Source: Octopus sinensis (lineage: Eukaryota). From it: a stretch of DNA of 64,000 nucleotides. The stretch spans positions 137,702,001 through 137,766,000 of the forward strand of contig NC_043000.1 of assembly GCF_006345805.1 (NCBI RefSeq), given 5' to 3'. Shown one piece after another: positions 63,697-64,000 of this stretch; position 1 is the first letter of the stretch; each line of letters starts with the position of its first letter. Below the pieces are notes generated by a model. It saw only the letters and a program-made list of their open reading frames with translations, was not told where the DNA came from and did no database searches. The position numbers and the translations under genes are program-made.

Positions 63697-63735
63697 AAAT
63701 CAACATTGTGAATAAACCGACGCATGCGCAGTAAT

Positions 63736-63757
63736 AAGCTACTTACCACACAGCCAC
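63736..63757 (-). mobile_element. 22-bp SINE A head remnant
   Basis: AAGCTACTTACCACACAGCCAC is identical to the family A heads. Confidence 0.6.
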
Positions 63758-63812
63758 GCGTGCGGAGCAATCATCATGTGTGTGTGTGTGTGTGCGTATA
63801 TATATATCTTTC

Positions 63813-63871
<59 letters not shown>

Positions 63872-63900
63872 TTCGAGACGTAATATATAGTAATATTTAT

Positions 63901-63942
<42 letters not shown>

Positions 63943-64000
63943 ATAACAAGTTCATAACAATAAAATCCAGTGGGAACTTTAGTGTGTGCTACTTGCAGAA

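Larger units (their letters stand above)
62461..63720 (-). mobile_element. gag/ORF1-like (L1/Tx1-style) retroposon region with no detectable ORF2
   Basis: Frameshifted ORF from MYSDLSEYEL... to RRM-like GTVIVQFSTAEEAK / KVRVEGIP and a decayed CCHC knuckle GFKFAQKGHFRAHC (G and F are each one base from Cys), then K/E-rich and P/T-rich tracts. Confidence 0.75.

Overview
AT-rich, microsatellite-saturated eukaryotic non-coding DNA. The SINE repertoire suggests a cephalopod such as Octopus; this is pattern recognition, not a database result. No host protein-coding exon could be supported, and nearly all listed ORFs are microsatellite read-throughs, SINE read-throughs or antisense shadows. The window is a dense mosaic of mobile elements: about 25 tRNA-derived SINE copies from at least four modular families, CR1-like LINE relics, restriction-like-endonuclease (RLE; R4/Dong-like) LINE relics, Penelope-like relics with hammerhead-ribozyme motifs, mariner relics, non-autonomous Helitrons, several long fold-back elements and a 28S rRNA fragment. 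The three most interesting signals are: (1) an RLE retrotransposon whose four copies all sit in (CATA)n in the same orientation, implying microsatellite targeting; (2) three related gag/ORF1-like retroposon copies that show no EN/RT, two of which end in the same 3' tail as SINE family B, suggesting a possible ORF1-only non-autonomous element; (3) minimal type-I hammerhead motifs inside Penelope-like inverted repeats. Boundaries were placed by eye and are approximate unless TSD/TIR coordinates are given.
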